Shown here in pieces: positions 45,498 through 54,250 of a stretch of DNA of 64,000 nucleotides. A program made the position numbers and the translations under genes. The notes below the pieces were generated by a model. The model was not told the origin of the DNA. It ran no database searches and saw only the letters and a program-made list of their open reading frames with translations. The stretch spans positions 1 to 64,000 of IMG/VR virus record IMGVR_UViG_3300020440_000014. The stretch is one strand, 5' to 3'. This DNA is from a virus (taxonomy: Duplodnaviria; Caudoviricetes). Within the stretch, counting starts at the first letter, position 1, and each line of letters begins with the position of its first letter.

Positions 45498-46179
45498 AGA
45501 AGATTTTTTACAAAGTCAATCACTCAGAGAAAATTTTCAAAATTGCCAAGGAGAAGTAACTCGATTTGATACAGAGTCTTTGCCTGATTGGTACAAAGAG
45601 CATTTTGAATTATTACTCAGTCATTATAATATAGAACCTACATACGATAGTTTTCTATATCATTTCGAAAAATATCATTTAACACCTTATGATTGTTCTA
45701 AGTATCTTTGGTTAAAAGATAGTGTTAAAAAAGAAAACACGTATTGTCCTAGTCAGTCTTTTTATAATCCATCAGAATTTGATAGTAAAGAATTATTTCA
45801 TGCCGGTAGATTAAAGTCTTTGGTCACATATGAAATGAATGTTGGTTTATATGATATATGGACTCGCAAAGACCATCCAAAAGATTGGATAGAATGGTCT
45901 TGGATAAAACCCATGACTTATGAAGAGTGGTTATCTGAATATCATTTTAATGAAAATATAATACATTATCATTACATGAAAGATAGAAAAGTTATATGTG
46001 TTTTAGTTCAAAAATCTAATAAACCCGGTCTTCGTGAAAAATATGGCGACCTAATAGATAGAGTTTACAATGATGCTAGATTTACGGTAGATGGTATTGT
46101 CTACTCTTATGATGATTTGAAAACTAAACGATATTGTATTGATTCACAATTAGAACCAAAAATCGAGTTTATGGAATGA
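45460..46179 (+). CDS. Hypothetical protein with third ParB/Srx-like 'H[PA]G' domain (TTG start uncertain)
   Basis: 'SKYLWLKDSVKKENTYCPSQ...LFHAGRLK' aligns with 6540 and 40852. Confidence 0.6.
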   Translation: MTESRPKLIFKTKEDFLQSQSLRENFQNCQGEVTRFDTESLPDWYKEHFELLLSHYNIEPTYDSFLYHFEKYHLTPYDCSKYLWLKDSVKKENTYCPSQSFYNPSEFDSKELFHAGRLKSLVTYEMNVGLYDIWTRKDHPKDWIEWSWIKPMTYEEWLSEYHFNENIIHYHYMKDRKVICVLVQKSNKPGLREKYGDLIDRVYNDARFTVDGIVYSYDDLKTKRYCIDSQLEPKIEFME

Positions 46180-46185
46180 TAAATA
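46178..46185 (+). promoter_or_regulatory. Late promoter variant for neck/head operon
   Basis: GATAAATA upstream of gp13. Confidence 0.45.
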
Positions 46186-46206
46186 GTAGGATTAAAGGAA
46201 CTTACT

Positions 46207-47022
46207 ATGGCAAAACCAACCTCAAAAACAGAACTAAAAGAATACATCAAAAGAAAACTTGGTGCGCCTGTACTTGAAATTAATGTCGATGACGACCAAT
46301 TAGACGATAGGGTAGACGAAGCACTACAATACTTTTATACTTATCATTATGATGGTTCAATGAAAGTATATCTTAAACACCAGTTATCAACAAATAATCT
46401 AGCTACTATGCGTACAGACGAGACGTTTACGGAATCAGCTTCAGGTACGCATGATTACAACAACCAACAAGTAAAACAACAAAAAAACTATATTGTTTTG
46501 CCTGATTTTGTAATGTCAGTTACTAATATATTTCCATTTGCAGACAAATCAAATATGAATATGTTTGATTTAAGATATCAATTAAGACTCAATGATTTAT
46601 ATGACTTAACAAGTACTAATATTTTGTATTATGAAATGGTACAACAACACATATCTCTTCTAGACAGAGTATTGGTCGGAAGAACACCAATTAGATTTAA
46701 TCAACACATGAACAGATTATATCTTGATGGAAACATAGAATCTTTGTCAGATGGTGAATACATTATCATTGAATGTTACAGAAAGATGGACCCAACAACC
46801 TTTACAGATGTCTTTGATGATATGTGGTTAAAAAAATATGCAACTGCATTAGTCAAATATCAGTGGGGTGAAAACTTAAGTAAATTTCAAGGTATAGCAT
46901 TGCCAGGTGGAGTTACATTAGATGCTTCACAAATGAAACAAGAAGCACAGGAAGAAATTCAAAGATTAGAAGAAGAGTCAAGACTGAATCATGAAATGCC
47001 AGTTCTTGATATGATAGGTTAA
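46207..47022 (+). CDS. gp13: gp13 neck protein
   Basis: 'MAKPTSKTELKEYIKRKLGAPVLEINVDDDQL.DR.DEALQYF', 'QWGENLSKF.G..LPGGVTL'. Confidence 0.95.
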   Translation: MAKPTSKTELKEYIKRKLGAPVLEINVDDDQLDDRVDEALQYFYTYHYDGSMKVYLKHQLSTNNLATMRTDETFTESASGTHDYNNQQVKQQKNYIVLPDFVMSVTNIFPFADKSNMNMFDLRYQLRLNDLYDLTSTNILYYEMVQQHISLLDRVLVGRTPIRFNQHMNRLYLDGNIESLSDGEYIIIECYRKMDPTTFTDVFDDMWLKKYATALVKYQWGENLSKFQGIALPGGVTLDASQMKQEAQEEIQRLEEESRLNHEMPVLDMIG

Positions 47023-47024
47023 TT

Positions 47025-47879
47025 ATGCCGACAAATGTATATTTCAATCATGCTGTAAGTAGCGAGCAACACTTATACGAAGATATCGTAGTAGAATCTT
47101 TACGAATGTATGGTCATGAGTGTTTTTATTTACCAAGAGAAGTAATAGAAGAAGATTCAATCTTCAATGAAGATGTACAATCTACTTTTGGTGATGCATA
47201 TTCGGTTGAAATGTACATAGAAAATACAGATGGATTTGAAGGTGAAGGTGACCTTATGTCTAAATTTGGTGTTGAAATAAGAGACCAAGCTACCTTTGTT
47301 ATATCGCTTAGGTCGTGGGAAAGATTCATTTCATTAGATACTAATCTTGCGACATCACTTAGACCAAACGAAGGTGACCTCATCTATTTCCCGCTATCAG
47401 GCAGTATGTTTGAGATTAAGTTTGTTGAACATGAAGACCCATTTTATCAAGTAGGTAAACTATTTGTATTTAAAATGAGATGTGAATTATTTGAATACTC
47501 AGGAGAAGACTTTGATACAGACATCGCACAAATAGACCAAGTAGAAGACGAACAAGCATATATTATAGAAATGAATATGGCAGCTGGTGGTTCAGGTACT
47601 TTCGCAGTCAATGAAGATGTTAAATTAAACAATGTTGTTGTGGGTGAAGTAGTTTCATGGAAAGCTGACGGTAGATTACTTAAATTAAAAGATGTCACAA
47701 CAACACTAGCTATCAACGATGTATTAGTTGGTGCAACATCTGAAGCTTCACATACTATAGGAACTATTTCAGACGTATTAACAATGTCAAACGACCCACA
47801 AGCAGACAATCTAGAATTTGAAAACAATGATGCAAATTTCTTAGACTTGTCAGAAACTAATCCATTTGGTGAACCATAA
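47025..47879 (+). CDS. gp14: gp14 neck protein
   Basis: 'EQ.LYED...ES...YG....YLPRE', 'RPNEGDLIYFP', 'FEIKFVEHE.PFYQ.GK'. Confidence 0.95.
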   Translation: MPTNVYFNHAVSSEQHLYEDIVVESLRMYGHECFYLPREVIEEDSIFNEDVQSTFGDAYSVEMYIENTDGFEGEGDLMSKFGVEIRDQATFVISLRSWERFISLDTNLATSLRPNEGDLIYFPLSGSMFEIKFVEHEDPFYQVGKLFVFKMRCELFEYSGEDFDTDIAQIDQVEDEQAYIIEMNMAAGGSGTFAVNEDVKLNNVVVGEVVSWKADGRLLKLKDVTTTLAINDVLVGATSEASHTIGTISDVLTMSNDPQADNLEFENNDANFLDLSETNPFGEP

Positions 47880-48925
47880 TGTTCGGTACATACTTTTATA
47901 ACGAAACAATCAAGAGATGTGTGTCTGTTTTTGGCACTATGTTTAATAATATAGATGTTAAAAAAGTAAAAGCAGATGGTACAATATTATCATCTCAAAA
48001 AGTTCCTATATCTTATGGTCCTGCTCAAAAGTTCTTAAACAGACTAGCAGAAGAACCAAATTTATCAGATAGAAATAGAACTGCATTGTCTTTACCTCGT
48101 ATGGCATTTGAACTTACAGGATTTAATTATGATGCACAAAGACAACAAAACAAACTGATTCGTTCTGAAAAAAATAGTTTAGAAACAGGAAATGTAAATA
48201 GAAAGTTTCAATATTCACCTGCACCATACGATTTAAATTTCACATTATCTATTATTGCAAAAAATATGTCAGATGCTTTACAAGTAGTAGAACAAATACT
48301 TCCTTACTTTCAACCAGAGTATACGGTTACTATGAAAATGATTGATGACATGTCAGATAATAGAGATGTGCCAATAGTTTTAAATGACATATCTTTTACA
48401 GACGAATATGAGGGAGATATAGCTGATAGAAGAACTATAACTTACGAATTAAGTTTTACTATGAAAACATATTTCTTTGGTCCTGTTTATCAAGGCAAAA
48501 TTATTAAAAATGTTATCGAGAGAGATTATATTGGAACAGGCAGAGACGGTTTCACATCAACACAAATCAATAGTGCTGGTCTTGTAAAAGAAGTAAAACA
48601 CTATGAACCTGCCTTTGCAGAAGTAGCAAATGCTGTGTCTAATTCTACAACCGTAACATTTGGAACTGCAATAAATAGTTCTATAAGTAACGGAGATGAA
48701 GTTTTCAATACAGGTTTAACTACTAATCCAACAATCAGTAGTATAGCAGAAAACAAATTATCATTAGTATTATCGAGTGCGATTACCATACCAGATAATA
48801 CAACATTAATGTTTGTTGGTTCAGTTACACCAAATGATACTTTTGTCGTTGCAGAGAACGTGACATTCTACGATGATGGTTCACCGAGAACTTTTACTGA
48901 AGACAAAACAACAGACGCTAGTTAA
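47879..48925 (+). CDS. gp15: gp15 tail terminator / sheath stabiliser
   Basis: 'MFGTYFYNETI...V..FGT.FN', 'VPISYGP.QKFL', 'LPRMAFE', 'QILPYFQP'. Confidence 0.95.
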   Translation: MFGTYFYNETIKRCVSVFGTMFNNIDVKKVKADGTILSSQKVPISYGPAQKFLNRLAEEPNLSDRNRTALSLPRMAFELTGFNYDAQRQQNKLIRSEKNSLETGNVNRKFQYSPAPYDLNFTLSIIAKNMSDALQVVEQILPYFQPEYTVTMKMIDDMSDNRDVPIVLNDISFTDEYEGDIADRRTITYELSFTMKTYFFGPVYQGKIIKNVIERDYIGTGRDGFTSTQINSAGLVKEVKHYEPAFAEVANAVSNSTTVTFGTAINSSISNGDEVFNTGLTTNPTISSIAENKLSLVLSSAITIPDNTTLMFVGSVTPNDTFVVAENVTFYDDGSPRTFTEDKTTDAS

Positions 48926-48930
48926 ATATT

Positions 48931-49332
48931 ATGAGTAAAACAGACGAGAAGTTAAATGAACTTCTGAACATTGACACTGAAATAAAGAAAGAAACAAAGT
49001 TGGTCAAAGTTCCAGAAAGAGCAAAAAATATAGAAACAGATTATCGATATGCTCGTGAGAATCTCTACAATCTCGTGGAGAGAGGACAAGATGCAATCGA
49101 TGGTATCTTAGAACTATCCAAAGAAACTGAACACCCGAGAGCCTATGAAGTTGCAGGTCAATTGATTAAGACCGTTGGTGAAACAGCAGAAAAATTATTG
49201 GACATACAAAAGAAAATTAAAGATTTAGAAAAAGAAGACGAACAGAAAGTAGGTACTCAACACAATCATTTATATGTGGGTTCTACTTCTGAATTACAAA
49301 AGTTTTTGAAAACAAAGAATGTTAAGGAATGA
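48931..49332 (+). CDS. gp16: Terminase small subunit gp16
   Basis: 'DYRYARENLY.L.E.G..AI', 'HPRAYEVAGQLIK', 'YVGST.ELQK.L'. Confidence 0.93.
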   Translation: MSKTDEKLNELLNIDTEIKKETKLVKVPERAKNIETDYRYARENLYNLVERGQDAIDGILELSKETEHPRAYEVAGQLIKTVGETAEKLLDIQKKIKDLEKEDEQKVGTQHNHLYVGSTSELQKFLKTKNVKE

Positions 49333-50068
49333 GAACGTATTAAAGTTCTTTAAAACTGCATATTGTTTTACTGATTCTCAGAGAAATACCGCATACGAAA
49401 ATTGGATATCTGAGAATGTCAAAGATAAGATAGTAATAGATTTGGGCGCAGGTTCAGGCATACTATGTTATCTTGCAGTTAAATATGGCGCTAAAAAAGT
49501 ATATGCCTTAGAAAGAAGAGGTAGACTCATTCATAGAATGAAGGAAACGTTAGGCGACACCATAGAGTATATACATGCAGATTTATTAGAAACAGAATTG
49601 CCAGAGTGTGATATTTATTTACATGAGTGGTTATCATCTAATTTTTGGAATGAGAAAAAATTTCTTATGAACTTTCATGAAAAAGAAGATAAAGAATTAG
49701 AATTTGGTCACATACTAGATTTAGTAGAGTATGCGGAGAAGAATAAGTTTATACACAAATTATACCCTAATATCGTTGAGTTGTCAAGTATACAAGGCAA
49801 ATCTACAGCAGAGTGGGTAGATATAGAGTTACAATCACATGGTGAACATTCTAGACAATTTCTGCAAGAACATTATGGTGATTTAACAAAATGTCCTATA
49901 TATAGAAACGAAATACATGATAAAAAAGAAATATGGACAGGTCATATAAAAGATTTGAAGTATAGAAAAGTTGATGGCTTTCTAGGTTGGAAGTTATCTT
50001 TTGATGGTAAATACGAGTTATCAAACCACATTTCTGTATCTCATTGGGGATTAAAAAGTGAAACCTAA
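49319..50068 (+). CDS. SAM-dependent methyltransferase with PRMT (protein arginine methyltransferase) signature motifs
   Basis: 'D..R..AY', motif I 'VIDLGAGSGIL...A...GAKKVYALE', double-E loop 'DIYLHEWLSSNFWNE', C-terminal 'SHW' (THW-like). Confidence 0.8.
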   Translation: MLRNENVLKFFKTAYCFTDSQRNTAYENWISENVKDKIVIDLGAGSGILCYLAVKYGAKKVYALERRGRLIHRMKETLGDTIEYIHADLLETELPECDIYLHEWLSSNFWNEKKFLMNFHEKEDKELEFGHILDLVEYAEKNKFIHKLYPNIVELSSIQGKSTAEWVDIELQSHGEHSRQFLQEHYGDLTKCPIYRNEIHDKKEIWTGHIKDLKYRKVDGFLGWKLSFDGKYELSNHISVSHWGLKSET

Positions 50069-51638
50069 AAATGATGGATATCTAGGTAATACACAGGTCA
50101 AACGTGCCGGTGTAGATACCTCATATACAGATGAAGAGATGCAAGAGTACATCAAATGTACTAAAGACCCTATTCATTTCATAGAATCATATACGCAAAT
50201 TATCTCACTTGATGAGGGCATGATTCCTTTTACACTTCGTGGTTATCAAGGAAAACTAATAGAACATTTTAATCAAAATAGATTTAGTGTTGTGCTTGCA
50301 TCACGTCAGAGTGGTAAATCTATAACTTCGTGTGCATATCTACTCTGGTATATTCTTTTTCATCCAGAAGTCACGGTGGCCGTTCTTGCTAACAAAGGTG
50401 CGATTGCAAGAGAGATGATTGCACGTATCGTAACGATGTTAGAGTCTGTACCATTCTTTTTACAACCAGGTGTAAAGATACTCAACAAAGGTAATATAGA
50501 ATTTGGCAATGATAGTAAAATAGTCGCAGCTGCTACATCTTCATCATCGATTCGTGGTATGTCAATTAACATGTTGTATCTTGATGAGTTTGCATTCGTA
50601 GAAGATGCAGAAACATTCTACACTGCTACTTATCCTGTTATCACATCTGGTAAAGATTCTAAAGTTATTATCACATCTACTGCAAACGGCGTAGGTAATA
50701 TGTTTCATAAGATATACGAGTCTGCAATACATGAACAATCTGAGTATAAATCATTCACAATCAACTGGTATGATGTACCAGGTAGAGACGAAGAATGGAA
50801 AGAACAAACGATTGCAAACACCTCAGAAGCACAATTTGAACAAGAATATGGTAACTCATTTTTAGGAACAGGAAATACTCTTGTTAACTCAAATACATTA
50901 CTAGGATTAAAGGCAGTAGAACCAGATTGGAACAAAGATGGTGTAAATGTATACGAAAGACCAAAAGAGGGTCATGAGTATATCTGTACGGTTGATGTAT
51001 CTCAAGGTCGAGGACTAGATTATTCGACTTTTACTATTATTGATGTTACAGAAAAACCTTTTAAACAAGTTTGTACATACAGAGACAATACCTTAAGTCC
51101 TATGCTATATCCTGATTTACTAAATAAGTATTGTAGACCATATAATGAAGCATTAATTATTATTGAAAATAATGCTGAGGGCGGAATGGTCGCAACTCAA
51201 TTACATTATGATATAGAATATCCAAATGTTTTTGTACAAGGAATGACAAAAGCAGATGACATTGGTGTTACAATGTCAAGAAAAATAAAAAGAATAGGAT
51301 GTTCGACAATGAAAGAGTTATTAGAAGAAAACAGACTTTTAGTTAAAGATAGAGCTACAATAACTGAGTTAATGACTTTCATTAACAAAGGACCATCATT
51401 TGAAGCAGATAAAGGATATAATGATGATATGGTTATGAATTTAGTATTGTTCAGTTGGTTTATAACAACAGACTATTTCTATAATTTAACAGACAAAAAA
51501 GTAAAAGATTTATTATACTCAGAGCAACAAAAATTAATAGAGGACGATTTGCTCCCGCCAGGAGTATTCGGAACCGACAAACAAGAAGAGTCATTCGTTG
51601 ATAAAGCGGGTGATAGATGGTATCTAGATAACTCGTAG
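50058..51638 (+). CDS. gp17: Terminase large subunit gp17
   Basis: Walker A 'SRQSGKS', Walker B 'LYLDEFAF', 'TSTANG', nuclease 'TVDVSQGRG.DYS', 'DDMVM'. Confidence 0.98.
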   Translation: MKPKNDGYLGNTQVKRAGVDTSYTDEEMQEYIKCTKDPIHFIESYTQIISLDEGMIPFTLRGYQGKLIEHFNQNRFSVVLASRQSGKSITSCAYLLWYILFHPEVTVAVLANKGAIAREMIARIVTMLESVPFFLQPGVKILNKGNIEFGNDSKIVAAATSSSSIRGMSINMLYLDEFAFVEDAETFYTATYPVITSGKDSKVIITSTANGVGNMFHKIYESAIHEQSEYKSFTINWYDVPGRDEEWKEQTIANTSEAQFEQEYGNSFLGTGNTLVNSNTLLGLKAVEPDWNKDGVNVYERPKEGHEYICTVDVSQGRGLDYSTFTIIDVTEKPFKQVCTYRDNTLSPMLYPDLLNKYCRPYNEALIIIENNAEGGMVATQLHYDIEYPNVFVQGMTKADDIGVTMSRKIKRIGCSTMKELLEENRLLVKDRATITELMTFINKGPSFEADKGYNDDMVMNLVLFSWFITTDYFYNLTDKKVKDLLYSEQQKLIEDDLLPPGVFGTDKQEESFVDKAGDRWYLDNS

Positions 51639-51651
51639 GGATTTCGGATTA

Positions 51652-51659
51652 CATAAATA
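51652..51659 (+). promoter_or_regulatory. Late promoter variant
   Basis: CATAAATA upstream of gp18. Confidence 0.45.
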
Positions 51660-51695
51660 AAGTAGTAATAATATTTTACGAAACAGGAGAAAAAT

Positions 51696-53699
51696 ATGGC
51701 ATTTCAAGTATCACCAGGCATTCAAATCAAAGAAGTTGATTTGTCGAATGTCGTTCCAGCAGTTTCATCTACCGTAGGTGCTTTTGTTGGAAGTTTTCAA
51801 TGGGGCCCTGTTGACGAAGTAAAAACGGTTTCTAGTAGTCAGGAATTGGTTGATGAGTTTTATCAACCAAGTAGTTCAGATTCTAGCATAGAAGATTTTT
51901 ATACAGCAGACTCATTTTTAAAATACGGTTCAGCGCTTAAAGTTGTAAGACTAGGTACTTCACAACTAACAAACGCTAATGCTTCAGGTGCTGGTTCAGT
52001 CTTACTTAAGAATGACGAACAATATCAAGAGAGTTATTCAGACGGTTCACAAAATGGTACCGTTGGCCAATTCATAGCAAAATATGCAGGTGCTTTAGGC
52101 AACTCGTTAAAAGTATCAGTTTGTGCCTCATCAGACGCTTACTTTAACGATAATGCATCATTAGTCAATAATGGAAGTGGTCATTCAGCTGGTTCAAACA
52201 CCGTTATCGTAGATAGCGGAGCGGCATTCTTAGTCAGAGACATTATCAAATTCTCTGGTCACGCTACAAAATATAGAGTGACAGGTATTTCAACCAATAC
52301 TTTAACAATCGAATCAATAGGTCAACCAGTTGCAGGCGGTTTAACAAATGCAGTTGTTGACAACGAACAAGTTGATAGATATTGGGAGTTTTACGAATTA
52401 TTTGATAAAGCACCAGGCACATCAGCAAACGCATCTTCTATAGGAACTGGAAATGACGAGATGCACGTAGTAGTTTGTGACGAAGACGGACTATTCGGCG
52501 GAGTTAGATTTCAAGCATTAGAAACATATGCATTTGTAAACAAAGCATCAGATGGCAAAGACGCTTCAGGTAAGTCAAGTTACTATAAAAACGTCATTGC
52601 AGAAGAATCAAAATACGTATATTGGTCAGGTCACTCAACAGGCGGAACTGGAATATATACGACAGCAACAGAAAATAAAACATTGAATGCATCAATATCA
52701 TCAGCATTTGGTGTACCAAGTCTTCCAATCAATAATTCACTTGCAGGTGGTGTTGACGGAAGAAGTAAAGTTGTAGGCGATGTAACAGCTGCTTACGACA
52801 AGTTCTTTAAAGATTCAGAGACAATGGACATTTCTTTCTTAGTTGTTGGTTCAACAAGAACAGATAATGGTTCAGGAACAGACCAAGACACTATAGCAGA
52901 CCACAATTCAATTGTAAATCATGCTATTTCAATTGCAGAGTCAAGAAAAGATTGCATGGTTGTTGCTTCACCAAGAAGAACATCATTAGTCAATGTTACT
53001 TCAGAGTCAACTCAAGTCGCTAATGTGCTTGCAGATTACTCTAGTGTAACATCAAGTTCATATGCAGTTTTAGATAGTGGTTGGATATATCAGTACGACA
53101 GATTTAATGACAAATATTGTTATGTACCAGGTAACGGACACACCGCAGGTATTATGGTAAGAAGTGATTTACTTCAAGACCCATGGTATTCACCTGCTGG
53201 TTTCTCAAGAGGTCAATATCTTGGAATTACAAAACTTGCATTTAATCCACAACAAGCATCTAGAGATGAGTTGTACAGAAACAGAATTAATCCGATAGTA
53301 ACATTTCCTGGTCAAGGAACGGTTCTATTTGGAGACAAAACAGCATTATCATCTCCATCAGCATTTGACAGAGTCAATGTTAGAAGGTTATTCATCGTTT
53401 TAGAGAAAGCAATAGCAGTAGCTGCTAAAGCACAACTCTTTGAATTTAACGATGCATTTACAAGAGCTCAATTCAGAAGTTCAGTAGAACCTTTCTTAAG
53501 AGATGTTAAAAATAGAAGAGGTTTGGTAGACTTCTCAGTTGTTTGTGACGAAACAAACAATACTGATACGGTCATCGATAGAAATGAATTTGTATGTTCT
53601 ATCTTTGTAAAACCAAATCGTTCAATTAACTTTATAACTTTAAACTTTGTCGCTTCAAGAAGTGGTGTCGAGTTTGAAGAAATCTACGGAGCAGTGTAA
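51696..53699 (+). CDS. gp18: Tail sheath protein gp18
   Basis: 'MAFQVSPGIQIKEVDL', 'FQWGPV', 'PWYSPAG..RG', 'FDRVNVRRLF'. Confidence 0.98.
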   Translation: MAFQVSPGIQIKEVDLSNVVPAVSSTVGAFVGSFQWGPVDEVKTVSSSQELVDEFYQPSSSDSSIEDFYTADSFLKYGSALKVVRLGTSQLTNANASGAGSVLLKNDEQYQESYSDGSQNGTVGQFIAKYAGALGNSLKVSVCASSDAYFNDNASLVNNGSGHSAGSNTVIVDSGAAFLVRDIIKFSGHATKYRVTGISTNTLTIESIGQPVAGGLTNAVVDNEQVDRYWEFYELFDKAPGTSANASSIGTGNDEMHVVVCDEDGLFGGVRFQALETYAFVNKASDGKDASGKSSYYKNVIAEESKYVYWSGHSTGGTGIYTTATENKTLNASISSAFGVPSLPINNSLAGGVDGRSKVVGDVTAAYDKFFKDSETMDISFLVVGSTRTDNGSGTDQDTIADHNSIVNHAISIAESRKDCMVVASPRRTSLVNVTSESTQVANVLADYSSVTSSSYAVLDSGWIYQYDRFNDKYCYVPGNGHTAGIMVRSDLLQDPWYSPAGFSRGQYLGITKLAFNPQQASRDELYRNRINPIVTFPGQGTVLFGDKTALSSPSAFDRVNVRRLFIVLEKAIAVAAKAQLFEFNDAFTRAQFRSSVEPFLRDVKNRRGLVDFSVVCDETNNTDTVIDRNEFVCSIFVKPNRSINFITLNFVASRSGVEFEEIYGAV

Positions 53700-53709
53700 G
53701 GAGTAATCA

Positions 53710-54207
53710 ATGGCAACAATAGACCAGTTTAAAGCACAACTACTAGGCGGCGGTCCTAGAGCAAATAGATTTAGAGTATTCATACCTAGGTCTGGCGACA
53801 AGATTGAGTTTCTATGTCAAGCCGCACAGATTCCAGCTGCTACCGTTGGTGTTGTAGAACAGCAGTTCAGAGGACATGTACTAAAACTCGCAGGAGATAG
53901 AACATTTGAACCTTGGACCGTGACTATCATCAACGATGTAGAATTTTCAGCTAGAAGCGCATTAGAAGCTTGGCAGACAGATATACAAGAGTTAGATTCA
54001 GGTGAAGGTATCACTTCATTAGATTATCTAGTAGACAGAGCTTTTGTAGAACAACTTAACAAAGACGATTCAGTGTTAGCAAGGTACGAATTCTTTAACA
54101 TGTTCCCAACCTCAATAGGGGCAATTGACCTATCTTACGAAACGGTCGATGCATTGGAGACATTTGATGTTGAATTCCAATACTCACACTGGGAAAGAGT
54201 CGTTTAA
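53710..54207 (+). CDS. gp19: Tail tube protein gp19
   Basis: 'GGGPRANRF.V', 'FLCQAAQIP', 'AGDRTFEPWTVTIIND', 'FPTSIGAIDLSY'. Confidence 0.97.
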   Translation: MATIDQFKAQLLGGGPRANRFRVFIPRSGDKIEFLCQAAQIPAATVGVVEQQFRGHVLKLAGDRTFEPWTVTIINDVEFSARSALEAWQTDIQELDSGEGITSLDYLVDRAFVEQLNKDDSVLARYEFFNMFPTSIGAIDLSYETVDALETFDVEFQYSHWERVV

Positions 54208-54214
54208 TTACAAT

Positions 54215-54244
54215 TATATCGCTGCTTCGGTGGCGATATAAATA
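54215..54244 (+). promoter_or_regulatory. UUCG hairpin overlapping a late promoter before the portal gene
   Basis: TATATCGCTGC-TTCG-GTGGCGATATA (54215-54240); TATAAATA at 54237-54244. Confidence 0.6.
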
Positions 54245-54250
54245 TATATT

